Assembly: GCA_039922135.1 (NCBI GenBank)
Contig: JBDSAM010000100.1
Span: 1 to 33,215 of the forward strand
Direction: 5' to 3'
DNA length: 33,215 bases
DNA from: Blastocatellia bacterium
GTDB lineage: Bacteria; Acidobacteriota; Blastocatellia; RBC074
The stretch's first letter is position 1. Each line of letters begins with the position of its first letter. The position numbers and the translations under genes were made by a program. The notes below the pieces were generated by a model. It was not told where the DNA came from. It ran no database searches and was given only the letters and a program-made list of their open reading frames with translations. Shown here one piece after another: positions 1 through 7,265 of the stretch.

Positions 1-127
1 TGTTTGCCGGATGACGGCAAACAGCGACACTTCTCCTAAGCCGACTTTCCAACAGCCGGGACTTCTAATTACGCAACCTTATGATTGCTCTCAATGCTCT
101 TCCGATGTAGTCCCTCTACACACACTC

Positions 128-176
128 GGGCGCTGGATCACCCATTCGACGCGGGCAGTCGAATGGGTGAACGCCC
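128..176. other. Strong stem-loop in ORF-poor region, function unknown
   Basis: Perfect 12-bp stem CACCCATTCGAC (139-150) / GTCGAATGGGTG (158-169) with a 7-nt loop. It is extended by GGGCG (128-132) / CGCCC (172-176). No convincing ORF on either strand across 1-430. Confidence 0.5.
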
Positions 177-430
177 TCTGGCCGAGGTCGGTTCAAGTGG
201 TGCAGGCGGGCTATTAGGAGCTTATTGCGATTGCAACTCCAAGAAATTTTTCAAACACGAATCCACAACCTTGCTTTGGAGCAAAGCGCGGAGATATTTT
301 TTGACAGCCAATAAAACTCGCGGAAGGATGCAATTGCTCAAACTTTCAAACAGCCGCCTCAGATGGCAGCCATCAATACAGAGTGCATCTTTTCAGTTTG
401 GCAACTAACGTTGCGAGCGTGGAATAATGC

Positions 431-459
431 GTTTAAAACCGAAGCAATTATTTGCTTCG
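431..459 (-). terminator. Candidate intrinsic terminator of lexA
   Basis: 8-bp stem CGAAGCAA (440-447) / TTGCTTCG (452-459) with a 4-nt loop. On the minus strand it is followed by GTTTTAAAC. It lies about 60 nt past the lexA stop. Confidence 0.45.
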
Positions 460-521
460 ATATTTCCGGCTTACCTTCGCTCAATCGCGATCGGTATAGT
501 CAACCTAAAGAACGATTCATC

Positions 522-1172
522 TCATCTGAATTTACGGATCAGGCCGACCACGATGCCTTGAATTTTGACTCGTTGCGACGGCTTGATGATGATCGGCGCC
601 ATGGTGTCGTTTGCCGGTTGCAAGCGGATATGAGTTTGTTCGTCGTAAAACCTCTTGACCGTTGTCTTGCTGTTATCTATCAGCGCGACTACCGTCTTCC
701 CATTTCGCGGATGATTTCCTTTTGCCTCTTTGACCACAATGAAATCTCCATCTGCAATCTGGTCGTCTTTCATTGATTCCCCACTCACTCTTAGCGCGAA
801 ATGGTTTGAAAATGCCAGTTCAGAAGGCACGGATAGAAATCCAATTGGGTCTTCGGAGGGTACAAAAGGAGAGCCTGCGGCAATCACTCCTAGGATAGGA
901 ATTTGCAATTCGCCGTTTCCCTGGTTTGCTAAAACCGGAGCTGGCATTTCGCTCTCTGAAGGCCAACCGATGATTTCAATTCCTCTATGCGTATTCTTCT
1001 GCCGGCGGATGACTCCTTCGCTTTCCAGTTCGGTCAATTTTTGATGAACGCTGGATGGCGAATTCAAACCGAAGTGCCTTTGAATCTCATCAATCTTTGG
1101 CGGGTATCCATGCTCTCGCTCAAAGTTGACTATAAAATCAAAGTACTCCATCTGACGATGTGTAAGCGGCAT
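522..1172 (-). CDS. lexA: LexA SOS repressor / S24 autopeptidase
   Basis: N-terminal winged-helix region (HGYPPKIDEIQRHFGLNSPSSVHQKLTELESEGVIRR). Ala-Gly cleavage site (VIAAGSPF). Catalytic Ser (RVSGESM) and Lys (TTVKRF). SD GGAG sits 5 nt upstream of the ATG. Confidence 0.95.
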   Translation of the reverse strand: MPLTHRQMEYFDFIVNFEREHGYPPKIDEIQRHFGLNSPSSVHQKLTELESEGVIRRQKNTHRGIEIIGWPSESEMPAPVLANQGNGELQIPILGVIAAGSPFVPSEDPIGFLSVPSELAFSNHFALRVSGESMKDDQIADGDFIVVKEAKGNHPRNGKTVVALIDNSKTTVKRFYDEQTHIRLQPANDTMAPIIIKPSQRVKIQGIVVGLIRKFR

Positions 1173-1194
1173 TTTTACTCCAGAGGGTTACTTT

Positions 1195-1214
1195 TTGTTG
1201 CTTACTTGCAACAA
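1195..1214. promoter_or_regulatory. Candidate lexA operator: perfect palindrome TTGTTGC-N6-GCAACAA
   Basis: TTGTTGC (1195-1201) and GCAACAA (1208-1214) are exact reverse complements. The site lies directly downstream (minus-strand sense) of the candidate -10 and about 20 nt upstream of the lexA SD. Confidence 0.35.
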
Positions 1215-1218
1215 CCGA

Positions 1219-1247
1219 AGATTACCGAAACCAGCCGAAACTTGCAA
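1219..1247 (-). promoter_or_regulatory. Candidate sigma70-type lexA promoter
   Basis: On the minus strand: TTGCAA (1242-1247), a 17-nt spacer, then TAATCT (1219-1224). Confidence 0.35.
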
Positions 1248-1504
1248 GAGATATTTTTGATTTTCGACAACTTTTTTTTCAGCCTTACTGAGCAAACAAA
1301 TTACAGTGCTGTGTGTGTTCTGTTGCGACTTTGATTACCTTGAACGACACTTCAGATAAGGCTTGGATTCAAGCATAGGCTATCGGAAACGATCAATACT
1401 TAGCTTGCGCGATATATTGTAGCGCCCTATGATTACGCCGCTCCACAAGCCCTTTCCGCTGATGATCAGATGTTATGTAATGAAGCGTTTGAGGCTGACA
1501 CTTT

Positions 1505-3283
1505 ATGTTTTGCCAAAAGTGCAATTTGCACTACCCAGACCATTTGAGCTTTTGCCGCCGTTGCGGCCAGCCTTTGGCGCGTTCAACATCCGATCATGCG
1601 GTTGATTCCCACTGCTGCACACGCTGCGGCGCACGCGCGGTTCGCGGAGAGAATTTCTGTCAGCAGTGTGGCAATCGCACAGGCGTCGCTTTGCAGGATA
1701 CGGTGATTGGCGCCTGCTATCACTGTGGCACGTCTTGGCGCAGTGGTTGGCATTTCTGCAAGAACTGCGGGTTGGACAGAAAGCGGGCTCTCCTGCTTTC
1801 CACCTCATCCCCTTCTTCATCTCTTTCGCCAGCGGTTACAGCCACGACAGCCAAACCAAGCGCGCTACCAACGGTTGAGAGTTTCGCCACAGCTGCCAAA
1901 GTCAACTGTCAGTTCTGTGGCGCTGAAGCCAAACCTTATTCGCGCTTTTGCGAATCATGTGGAAAGCGGTTGGACGGATTGGTTGCAGATAAAGCGGTGA
2001 TGCCTGCCGCCGCTATTGCGTCATCGCAGCTTGATCCGTCATCAGCCAGATTCGACTCGTCTGACGTGCAGCGCGCATCTTCTCCCACAATCTTTGAGCC
2101 AACGCCACTGGTCGAAAGCAAAATGCCCCTGGCCTCTCCAGTGTCATCTGGCGAACTCGCCAGCATCGAGCTTGTCGCGGCAAAAAATTCAATTGGCGCG
2201 TCCTCGGGGGATCTCTCGAACAACATTTCTCATAACTTCCGAAATCCGCCTTTGACTGACGCGCAGGGAGCAGCCGTTGAGCCGCAGATTGCAAGTCCCG
2301 CGAATGTAATTAATCAGGACTCGCGGCCCGCGCCTTCAGAAACTCTGGTAACGCCGCTCCCTCCTTTTGGCCGAGTTCCAGATTACGAGCACACTCCTGG
2401 GGCATTCAATGACATCTGGTCGCGCAACCGGCGGACAATTCTGCAATCGGTGGCGCTGATCGTATTGGCGGCGCTGTTGGTTGTAATCGTGATGTGGTTG
2501 ATTTCCAAAGCACGGCAGAAAGGCGTGGGTGGGGACGCTTCAGTGCAGTCGGTGCCGGTCGTTTCCAAGCCTCAGGCCGAACAGCAAGCTCCTTCTGCCA
2601 GTCAGGGAAATCCAGCCGCGATTACCGTACCGGATGGAATGGTCTATGTTCCTGGTGGACGATTTAAGATGGGCCGTTCTAACGGAGACGAATATGAAAG
2701 GCCAGCTCATACGGTTGAAGTAGAGCCGTTTTTCATTGATCGCACTGAAGTCCGTAATGAACAATACCAACGCTTCGTGACCGAAACCAATCATCGCGCG
2801 CCAACGCATTGGCAGAATGGCAGCTTCGTATCGGCCGAAGCAAAGATGCCAGTGGTTAATGTCTCCTGGGATGACGCAACCGCGTATGCCAGATGGGCTG
2901 GAAACCGTTTGCCGACCGAAGCCGAATGGGAGTTCGCGGCTCGAGGCACAGATGGAAGACTTTATGCCTGGGGCAACACCTGGAACGCAGCCGCCAGTAA
3001 TGCCGGACATGGCAACGGTGGCCATATCATCGAAGTCGGACGTTTCCCGGCAGGTGTCAGTCCTTTTGGGGCGGTTGATATGTGCGGCAATGTTTGGGAG
3101 TGGTCGGCCAGCAGCCTGCAAAGTTATGCCGAAGGCCATCAGGAAATCGCACCTGGCAAGGTGATTCGCGGCGGCGCGTTTGATGTGCCCAGCGACCGCG
3201 CAACTGCAACCTATCGCGGCGTACTGCCCGCTGACCGTTTGCGCGATAAGACGGGCTTCCGCACCGTGCGCTCTGTGAAGTGA
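1505..3283 (+). CDS. Membrane protein with four N-terminal zinc ribbons, one TM helix and a C-terminal FGE-sulfatase (SUMF1-like) domain
   Basis: Four CxxC-N10-12-CxxCG units (CQKC..CRRCG, CTRCG..CQQCG, CYHCG..CKNCG, CQFCG..CESCG). A Ser/Ala/Pro-rich linker. TM helix ILQSVALIVLAALLVVIVMWLI. FGE-like motifs GMVYVPGGRFKMG, LPTEAEWEFAARG, GNVWEW, RGGAF, GFRTVR. Confidence 0.85.
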   Translation: MFCQKCNLHYPDHLSFCRRCGQPLARSTSDHAVDSHCCTRCGARAVRGENFCQQCGNRTGVALQDTVIGACYHCGTSWRSGWHFCKNCGLDRKRALLLSTSSPSSSLSPAVTATTAKPSALPTVESFATAAKVNCQFCGAEAKPYSRFCESCGKRLDGLVADKAVMPAAAIASSQLDPSSARFDSSDVQRASSPTIFEPTPLVESKMPLASPVSSGELASIELVAAKNSIGASSGDLSNNISHNFRNPPLTDAQGAAVEPQIASPANVINQDSRPAPSETLVTPLPPFGRVPDYEHTPGAFNDIWSRNRRTILQSVALIVLAALLVVIVMWLISKARQKGVGGDASVQSVPVVSKPQAEQQAPSASQGNPAAITVPDGMVYVPGGRFKMGRSNGDEYERPAHTVEVEPFFIDRTEVRNEQYQRFVTETNHRAPTHWQNGSFVSAEAKMPVVNVSWDDATAYARWAGNRLPTEAEWEFAARGTDGRLYAWGNTWNAAASNAGHGNGGHIIEVGRFPAGVSPFGAVDMCGNVWEWSASSLQSYAEGHQEIAPGKVIRGGAFDVPSDRATATYRGVLPADRLRDKTGFRTVRSVK

Positions 3284-3318
3284 GACAGCGGCTGACAACC
3301 AACCTGGAAGTAATTAAA

Positions 3319-3345
3319 AAGCCGACTGAACTCGTCAATCGGCTT
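3319..3345 (+). terminator. Weak hairpin between the two FGE-like genes (possible attenuating terminator)
   Basis: AAGCCGA (3319-3325) / TCGGCTT (3339-3345), 13-nt loop, followed by TGATTG. The U-tract is poor. Confidence 0.25.
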
Positions 3346-3364
3346 TGATTGAAAGCATAAGGCT

Positions 3365-4651
3365 ATGATTGGCGTGGGAACCTTCTCATTCTGGCATTTG
3401 CGGGTGTTGTTGATTGTGACAACCATGATGTCGCTTTGCGTATTCGCGCAGGATCCGACCGGGCGTGAAGTCCCCAAGCCCGCGAAAAAAACCAGCGAGA
3501 AGTCAGGTAGAAAATCTTCCAAGCCGGTGCCTGCAACGCCGCGTTCGCCCAGTCCCGTGCCGGTTCTGGCAAAACTCACCATCACTGCACCGCCCGGAAC
3601 GATCATTGAAGTTGATGGCAGATTTCGCGGCTTCACGGGCGTGGATGGCAATCTGATTTTGATGGGCGTTGCCGCTGGCAAGCATTGGTTGATTGCCAAG
3701 GTGGAAGGTTACGAAAACTGGAATGGCACCTTCACGATGGAGGTTGCCGCAACCCGGTTTGAAGTCCCTGTCAAAAAGAAGTTTGTGCCGGGTCAGCTAA
3801 TGCTGACAATCAATGAGCCAGGAGCCGAAGTCGTGATTGATGGCAAGGAGACGATCAAGCCGTCCGCCACGCAGCCGAATCAGATCGAAGGCCTGTCATC
3901 TGGAACGCATCAACTGCGCGCCAGCAAAGCGAGGTTCAAGGAGTGGAGAGGCAGCGTGACTATCAGACCGGGCGAAACCGTTGCGATCAAAATCGATCTG
4001 AAACCTGCTCTCGATCCGGAAATGTTGCCTGTGCCAGAAGGCGTCTTTATGCGAGGCAATAACAAAGGCGAGAAAGACCAACGGCCGGAGCACCAGGCTT
4101 TTGTGCCAGCTTTTGAAATATCGCGCGGCGAAGTAACCAACCGAATTTACAAGCAGTTTGTTGACGCGACTGGCCACGCGCCACCGCAGGGCGTGGGCTA
4201 CGGTTGGATCGCGAATGTTTATCCGGCTGGGCAGGATGATCTGCCCGTTGTCTTTGTCAGTTGGGAAGATGCGGTTGTGTTCTGCCAATGGCTTTCCAAA
4301 GAAACTGCCACGCATTACCGTCTGCCCACCGAAGCCGAGTGGGAGAAGGCCACGCGCACCGTCGGCGAACGTTATTCGTCAGCAGGCAGCGTGTGGGAAT
4401 GGTGTTTGGATTGGTACGATCCGGATTATTACAAAGTGCACAACCGCAATGATCCGCAAGGCCCTGCGCGTGGCAAAAAGATCAAGATGATGGGCTTCGA
4501 AGGAGAGACCAAAGCCATGCGCGGCGGTGGTTTCGGGCGCGGCCAACTGGTGTTCCGCGCTGCTGAGCGCAATTTTTATTTCCCGAACAAATCCCGCTTC
4601 GACATCGGCTTTCGTGTTGTGCGGGATGTCGAACGCGGAACAAGCAAGTGA
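3365..4651 (+). CDS. Secreted or anchored PEGA-repeat protein with C-terminal FGE-sulfatase (SUMF1-like) domain
   Basis: Hydrophobic N-terminus (LRVLLIVTTMMSLCVFAQ). Two PEGA-like repeats (LTITAPPGTIIEVDG..., LMLTINEPGAEVVIDG...). FGE-like motifs MLPVPEGVFMRGN, LPTEAEWEKATR, SVWEW, RGGGF, GFRVVR. Confidence 0.85.
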   Translation: MIGVGTFSFWHLRVLLIVTTMMSLCVFAQDPTGREVPKPAKKTSEKSGRKSSKPVPATPRSPSPVPVLAKLTITAPPGTIIEVDGRFRGFTGVDGNLILMGVAAGKHWLIAKVEGYENWNGTFTMEVAATRFEVPVKKKFVPGQLMLTINEPGAEVVIDGKETIKPSATQPNQIEGLSSGTHQLRASKARFKEWRGSVTIRPGETVAIKIDLKPALDPEMLPVPEGVFMRGNNKGEKDQRPEHQAFVPAFEISRGEVTNRIYKQFVDATGHAPPQGVGYGWIANVYPAGQDDLPVVFVSWEDAVVFCQWLSKETATHYRLPTEAEWEKATRTVGERYSSAGSVWEWCLDWYDPDYYKVHNRNDPQGPARGKKIKMMGFEGETKAMRGGGFGRGQLVFRAAERNFYFPNKSRFDIGFRVVRDVERGTSK

Positions 4652-5553
4652 GCATTATGCGAACCATCAATCGAACTGGCAGGCAAGCGGGTGGGCTATT
4701 AGGTCTGACGCAATTGTTTCTTAGCGTCATTTCAATTCTATCGCTGGCATCATTCGTACAAGCGCAACAACGTCCGCTGGTCACGGAAGATGTCGAGATC
4801 GTCAAACCTGGATCAGTGCGCTTCGAATTTGGCTTTGATTTCTTGCAGGACAAGAATTTTCCATTGTCGGGATTGAACGGTGATCTGACGCGATTCGGCG
4901 TGGTCTCGCTGACGTTTGGCCTGGCCCCTAACGTCGAGGTTGAATCCGGCGGCGTGATCCAGAACTTCCTGAGCATTAATCGCCCGTACCAGTCCAGCGC
5001 CGTTCCGCTGCGATTAAGCACCGCGACCAATTCGACGCATGACGTTGGCGATTTTTATATCGCAACCAAGATCAAGCTGCGCCCCGAAACAAAGCGATTG
5101 CCATCTATCGGCTTTCGCTTCGGCGCTGAACTGCCGAACTCGAATCAGACGCGCGGCATCGGCGTCAATCAGATCAACTTTTTTGCGACAGCGCTGGCAG
5201 CCAAACAACTCAGCAACCGGTTTCGCGTCATGGGCAATTTGGGTTTAGGGATTCTGACTGCTCCGGCGACGCTATTCACGCAAAATGACGTGCTGTTGTA
5301 TGGACTGGCCGCGAGCTATCAGTACAACGACCGGCTGACGTTGGTAGGCGAGGTCAATGGCCGTTACAACACGCGCAAGACCGTGCCGCTGGGCACCGAA
5401 TCGGATGGCGCAGCGCGCTTGGGCGCGCGCATCCGCGCATCCGGCCTAATCTGGGACGTGGCGGGCGTCAAAGGCTTCAATCGCAATAGCGCGCAAACCG
5501 GCGTCAGCTTCGGCGTCAGTTACGAGGCCAATCTTTTCCAGCCAGTGAAGTAG
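4648..5553 (+). CDS. Putative outer-membrane beta-barrel protein
   Basis: Signal-like segment LLGLTQLFLSVISILSLASFVQA. Alternating beta-strand pattern throughout. Aromatic C-terminal strand VSFGVSYEANLF. The GTG start overlaps the upstream stop (GTGA); an alternative ATG is at 4657. Confidence 0.6.
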   Translation: MSIMRTINRTGRQAGGLLGLTQLFLSVISILSLASFVQAQQRPLVTEDVEIVKPGSVRFEFGFDFLQDKNFPLSGLNGDLTRFGVVSLTFGLAPNVEVESGGVIQNFLSINRPYQSSAVPLRLSTATNSTHDVGDFYIATKIKLRPETKRLPSIGFRFGAELPNSNQTRGIGVNQINFFATALAAKQLSNRFRVMGNLGLGILTAPATLFTQNDVLLYGLAASYQYNDRLTLVGEVNGRYNTRKTVPLGTESDGAARLGARIRASGLIWDVAGVKGFNRNSAQTGVSFGVSYEANLFQPVK

Positions 5554-5610
5554 CCAGCTAGCTTGTCATCCTTCAACCGCGATAGTAGCATCCGCCGCGC
5601 ATCACGAACT

Positions 5611-5645
5611 GGCGGCGAATTTCGCTGATTTTCTGGTTCGCCGCC
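5611..5645 (+). terminator. Hairpin after the barrel gene (terminator-like)
   Basis: 9-bp stem GGCGGCGAA (5611-5619) / TTCGCCGCC (5637-5645). There is no clear U-tract. Confidence 0.3.
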
Positions 5646-5687
5646 TTATCACTCGTCACACAAGACAATCTGTAAGGAGAAACCCCG

Positions 5688-7157
5688 ATGGCGGTTCCCG
5701 TGGCCGACTCTTCCGAACTGTCTGTCGCCGACCGTGCGCGCAAGCGCATTACCTGGCGATTGATGCCCTTTCTGCTGCTGCTGTACTTTCTTGCCTACAT
5801 TGACCGCACCAACGTCGGCGTGGCGGCGCTGGATATGAAGAAGTCCTCGGGCGAGGGCGGTCTGGGCTTCGATGATGCTGTCATCGGCATCGGCGCTGGC
5901 ATCTTTTTCATTGGCTACTTCCTGTTGGAGATTCCGGGCACACTGATCGTTGAAAGATGGAGCGCGCGCAAATGGATTGCGCGCATCATGATTTCGTGGG
6001 GCATAGTGGCCTCGCTGATGGGGTTGATCGGAACGCCGTACTTGAACTTTCTGTGCGCGGTGGACTGGTGCGCGATATTCCGGCCCGTGACCACTGCGCT
6101 GGGGTGGCTGACATCATTGATGGGCGTCACGCCGCCCAACATGCTCAACTGCACATGCAACGTCAAACAATTCTATTTCATGCGCTTCGTCCTCGGCGTC
6201 ATGGAAGCTGGGTTTTTCCCCGGCATCATCGTTTATCTATCGCATTGGTTCCGCTATTCCGACCGTGCGAAGGCCAAGTCGCAATTTATGATTGGCTTGC
6301 CGGCGGCAACTATCGTCGGTCTGCCGCTGTCGCAATGGATCATGAACAAAGCTCAATGGGGCGGATTGGCCGGATGGCGATGGGTTTATGTTCTGGAAGG
6401 AATTCCTTCGGTTATTTTTGGCGTCGTAACGCTCTTCTATTTAACCGATAAACCGCATCAGGCAAAGTGGCTGCCCGAAGATGAAAAGGCCTGGCTGACA
6501 GAGGAACTGGAACGTGAACGCCGCGAAAAGCAGGCTGCCGGGCCGACCAATTTATGGAAAGAAATCAAGCTGGCGTTCAGCAAAAAAGAAACTCTTCTGC
6601 TCTCGGCACTTTATCTGTCCATCGTCATCGGCTACTACGGACTGACATTCTTTATCCCTGCGATTACGGCAAAACTGAAAGGGCGTTCAACTATTGAACA
6701 AACCGTTATTGCCATGCTGCCTTACGTCTGCGGCCTGTTTGCGATGTTGTGGAACGCCAAACATTCCGATCAAACGGGCGAGCGTAGGTGGCATACGGTC
6801 TGGCCATTGATGATGGGAGCCGGAGCCATGGGCTTGCTCATTCTTTCTGGCGACAACTTGGGGCTGACGATCTTCTTTCTCTGCCTGGTGGGAATCGGCG
6901 TGCATGCCTATCTGCCAATCTTCTGGACTTGGCCAAGCGCGTTTATGACTTCGGCAACGGCGGCAACGGCAGTCGGCTTGATCAATTCAGTGGGAAATCT
7001 AGGCGGATATTTCGGCCCGCAAGTGGTCGGTCAGATGAAAAAGGACAGCGGTTCATACACGCCGGGATTGAGGTTCCTGGCCATTTCCATTTTCATTGCG
7101 GGCCTGCTGGCGCTGTTGCTTAAACTGCCGAAGAAGGCCGCTACCGAACACGCTTGA
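5688..7157 (+). CDS. MFS transporter, anion:cation symporter (ACS)-like
   Basis: Multi-TM profile. Motifs LAYIDRTNVGVAAL and GVMEAGFFPG are typical of ACS-subfamily MFS. SD AAGGAG lies upstream of the ATG. Confidence 0.85.
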   Translation: MAVPVADSSELSVADRARKRITWRLMPFLLLLYFLAYIDRTNVGVAALDMKKSSGEGGLGFDDAVIGIGAGIFFIGYFLLEIPGTLIVERWSARKWIARIMISWGIVASLMGLIGTPYLNFLCAVDWCAIFRPVTTALGWLTSLMGVTPPNMLNCTCNVKQFYFMRFVLGVMEAGFFPGIIVYLSHWFRYSDRAKAKSQFMIGLPAATIVGLPLSQWIMNKAQWGGLAGWRWVYVLEGIPSVIFGVVTLFYLTDKPHQAKWLPEDEKAWLTEELERERREKQAAGPTNLWKEIKLAFSKKETLLLSALYLSIVIGYYGLTFFIPAITAKLKGRSTIEQTVIAMLPYVCGLFAMLWNAKHSDQTGERRWHTVWPLMMGAGAMGLLILSGDNLGLTIFFLCLVGIGVHAYLPIFWTWPSAFMTSATAATAVGLINSVGNLGGYFGPQVVGQMKKDSGSYTPGLRFLAISIFIAGLLALLLKLPKKAATEHA

Positions 7158-7165
7158 TAAATCGG

Positions 7166-7244
7166 TACGGAACCGGTAGCGGCCGGGTAGGCTCGGCGGG
7201 TATGCGCTCTGAGATACCCGGTCGCTACCGCTACCGGTTCCGTA
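7166..7244. terminator. Long GC-rich inverted repeat between convergent genes (bidirectional terminator or REP-like element)
   Basis: 17-bp arms TACGGAACCGGTAGCGG (7166-7182) / CCGCTACCGGTTCCGTA (7228-7244). An inner stem pairs CCGGGTA (7183-7189) with TACCCGG (7215-7221). Confidence 0.55.
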
Positions 7245-7265
7245 TCAACATTCCACACCCTCTTA

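Noticed and set aside
40-80. RNase P RNA-like strings on the minus strand (GAAGTCCCGGCT and GGAAAGTCGGCTTA resemble the two P4 strands).
   Set aside because: The two strings lie only 8 nt apart. None of the remaining conserved RNase P regions is present in the neighbouring 400 nt.
185-205. tRNA-like GGTTCAAGT T-loop string.
   Set aside because: There is no complementary T-stem, acceptor stem or anticodon arm around it.
11-776. Plus-strand ORFs 11-217, 85-408 and 363-776 at the left end.
   Set aside because: Composition is implausible and there are no RBSs. 363-776 is antisense to lexA. 11-217 is built around a perfect 12-bp hairpin, so RNA structure is the better explanation. Position 2-217 could still be the tail of an upstream gene; I could not exclude that.
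1173-1504. Canonical SOS boxes (CTGT-N8-ACAG, GAAC-N4-GTTC, GTTC-N7-GTTC) in the lexA divergent region.
   Set aside because: None is present. Only ACAG-TG-CTGT (wrong orientation and spacing) and isolated GTTC/GAAC tetramers occur. This is why the TTGTTGC-N6-GCAACAA palindrome is proposed instead.
2540-3298. Long antisense ORFs opposite well-supported genes. Examples: 2540-3298(-), 13677-14423(-), 16525-17249(-), 17602-18726(-), 19214-20014(-), 11220-12355(-), 31419-32075(-).
   Set aside because: Each lies fully opposite a gene with unmistakable family motifs. Their translations are Arg/Ala/Gly/Ser-rich and low-complexity with no recognisable motifs, which is typical of stop-poor antisense frames in GC-rich DNA.
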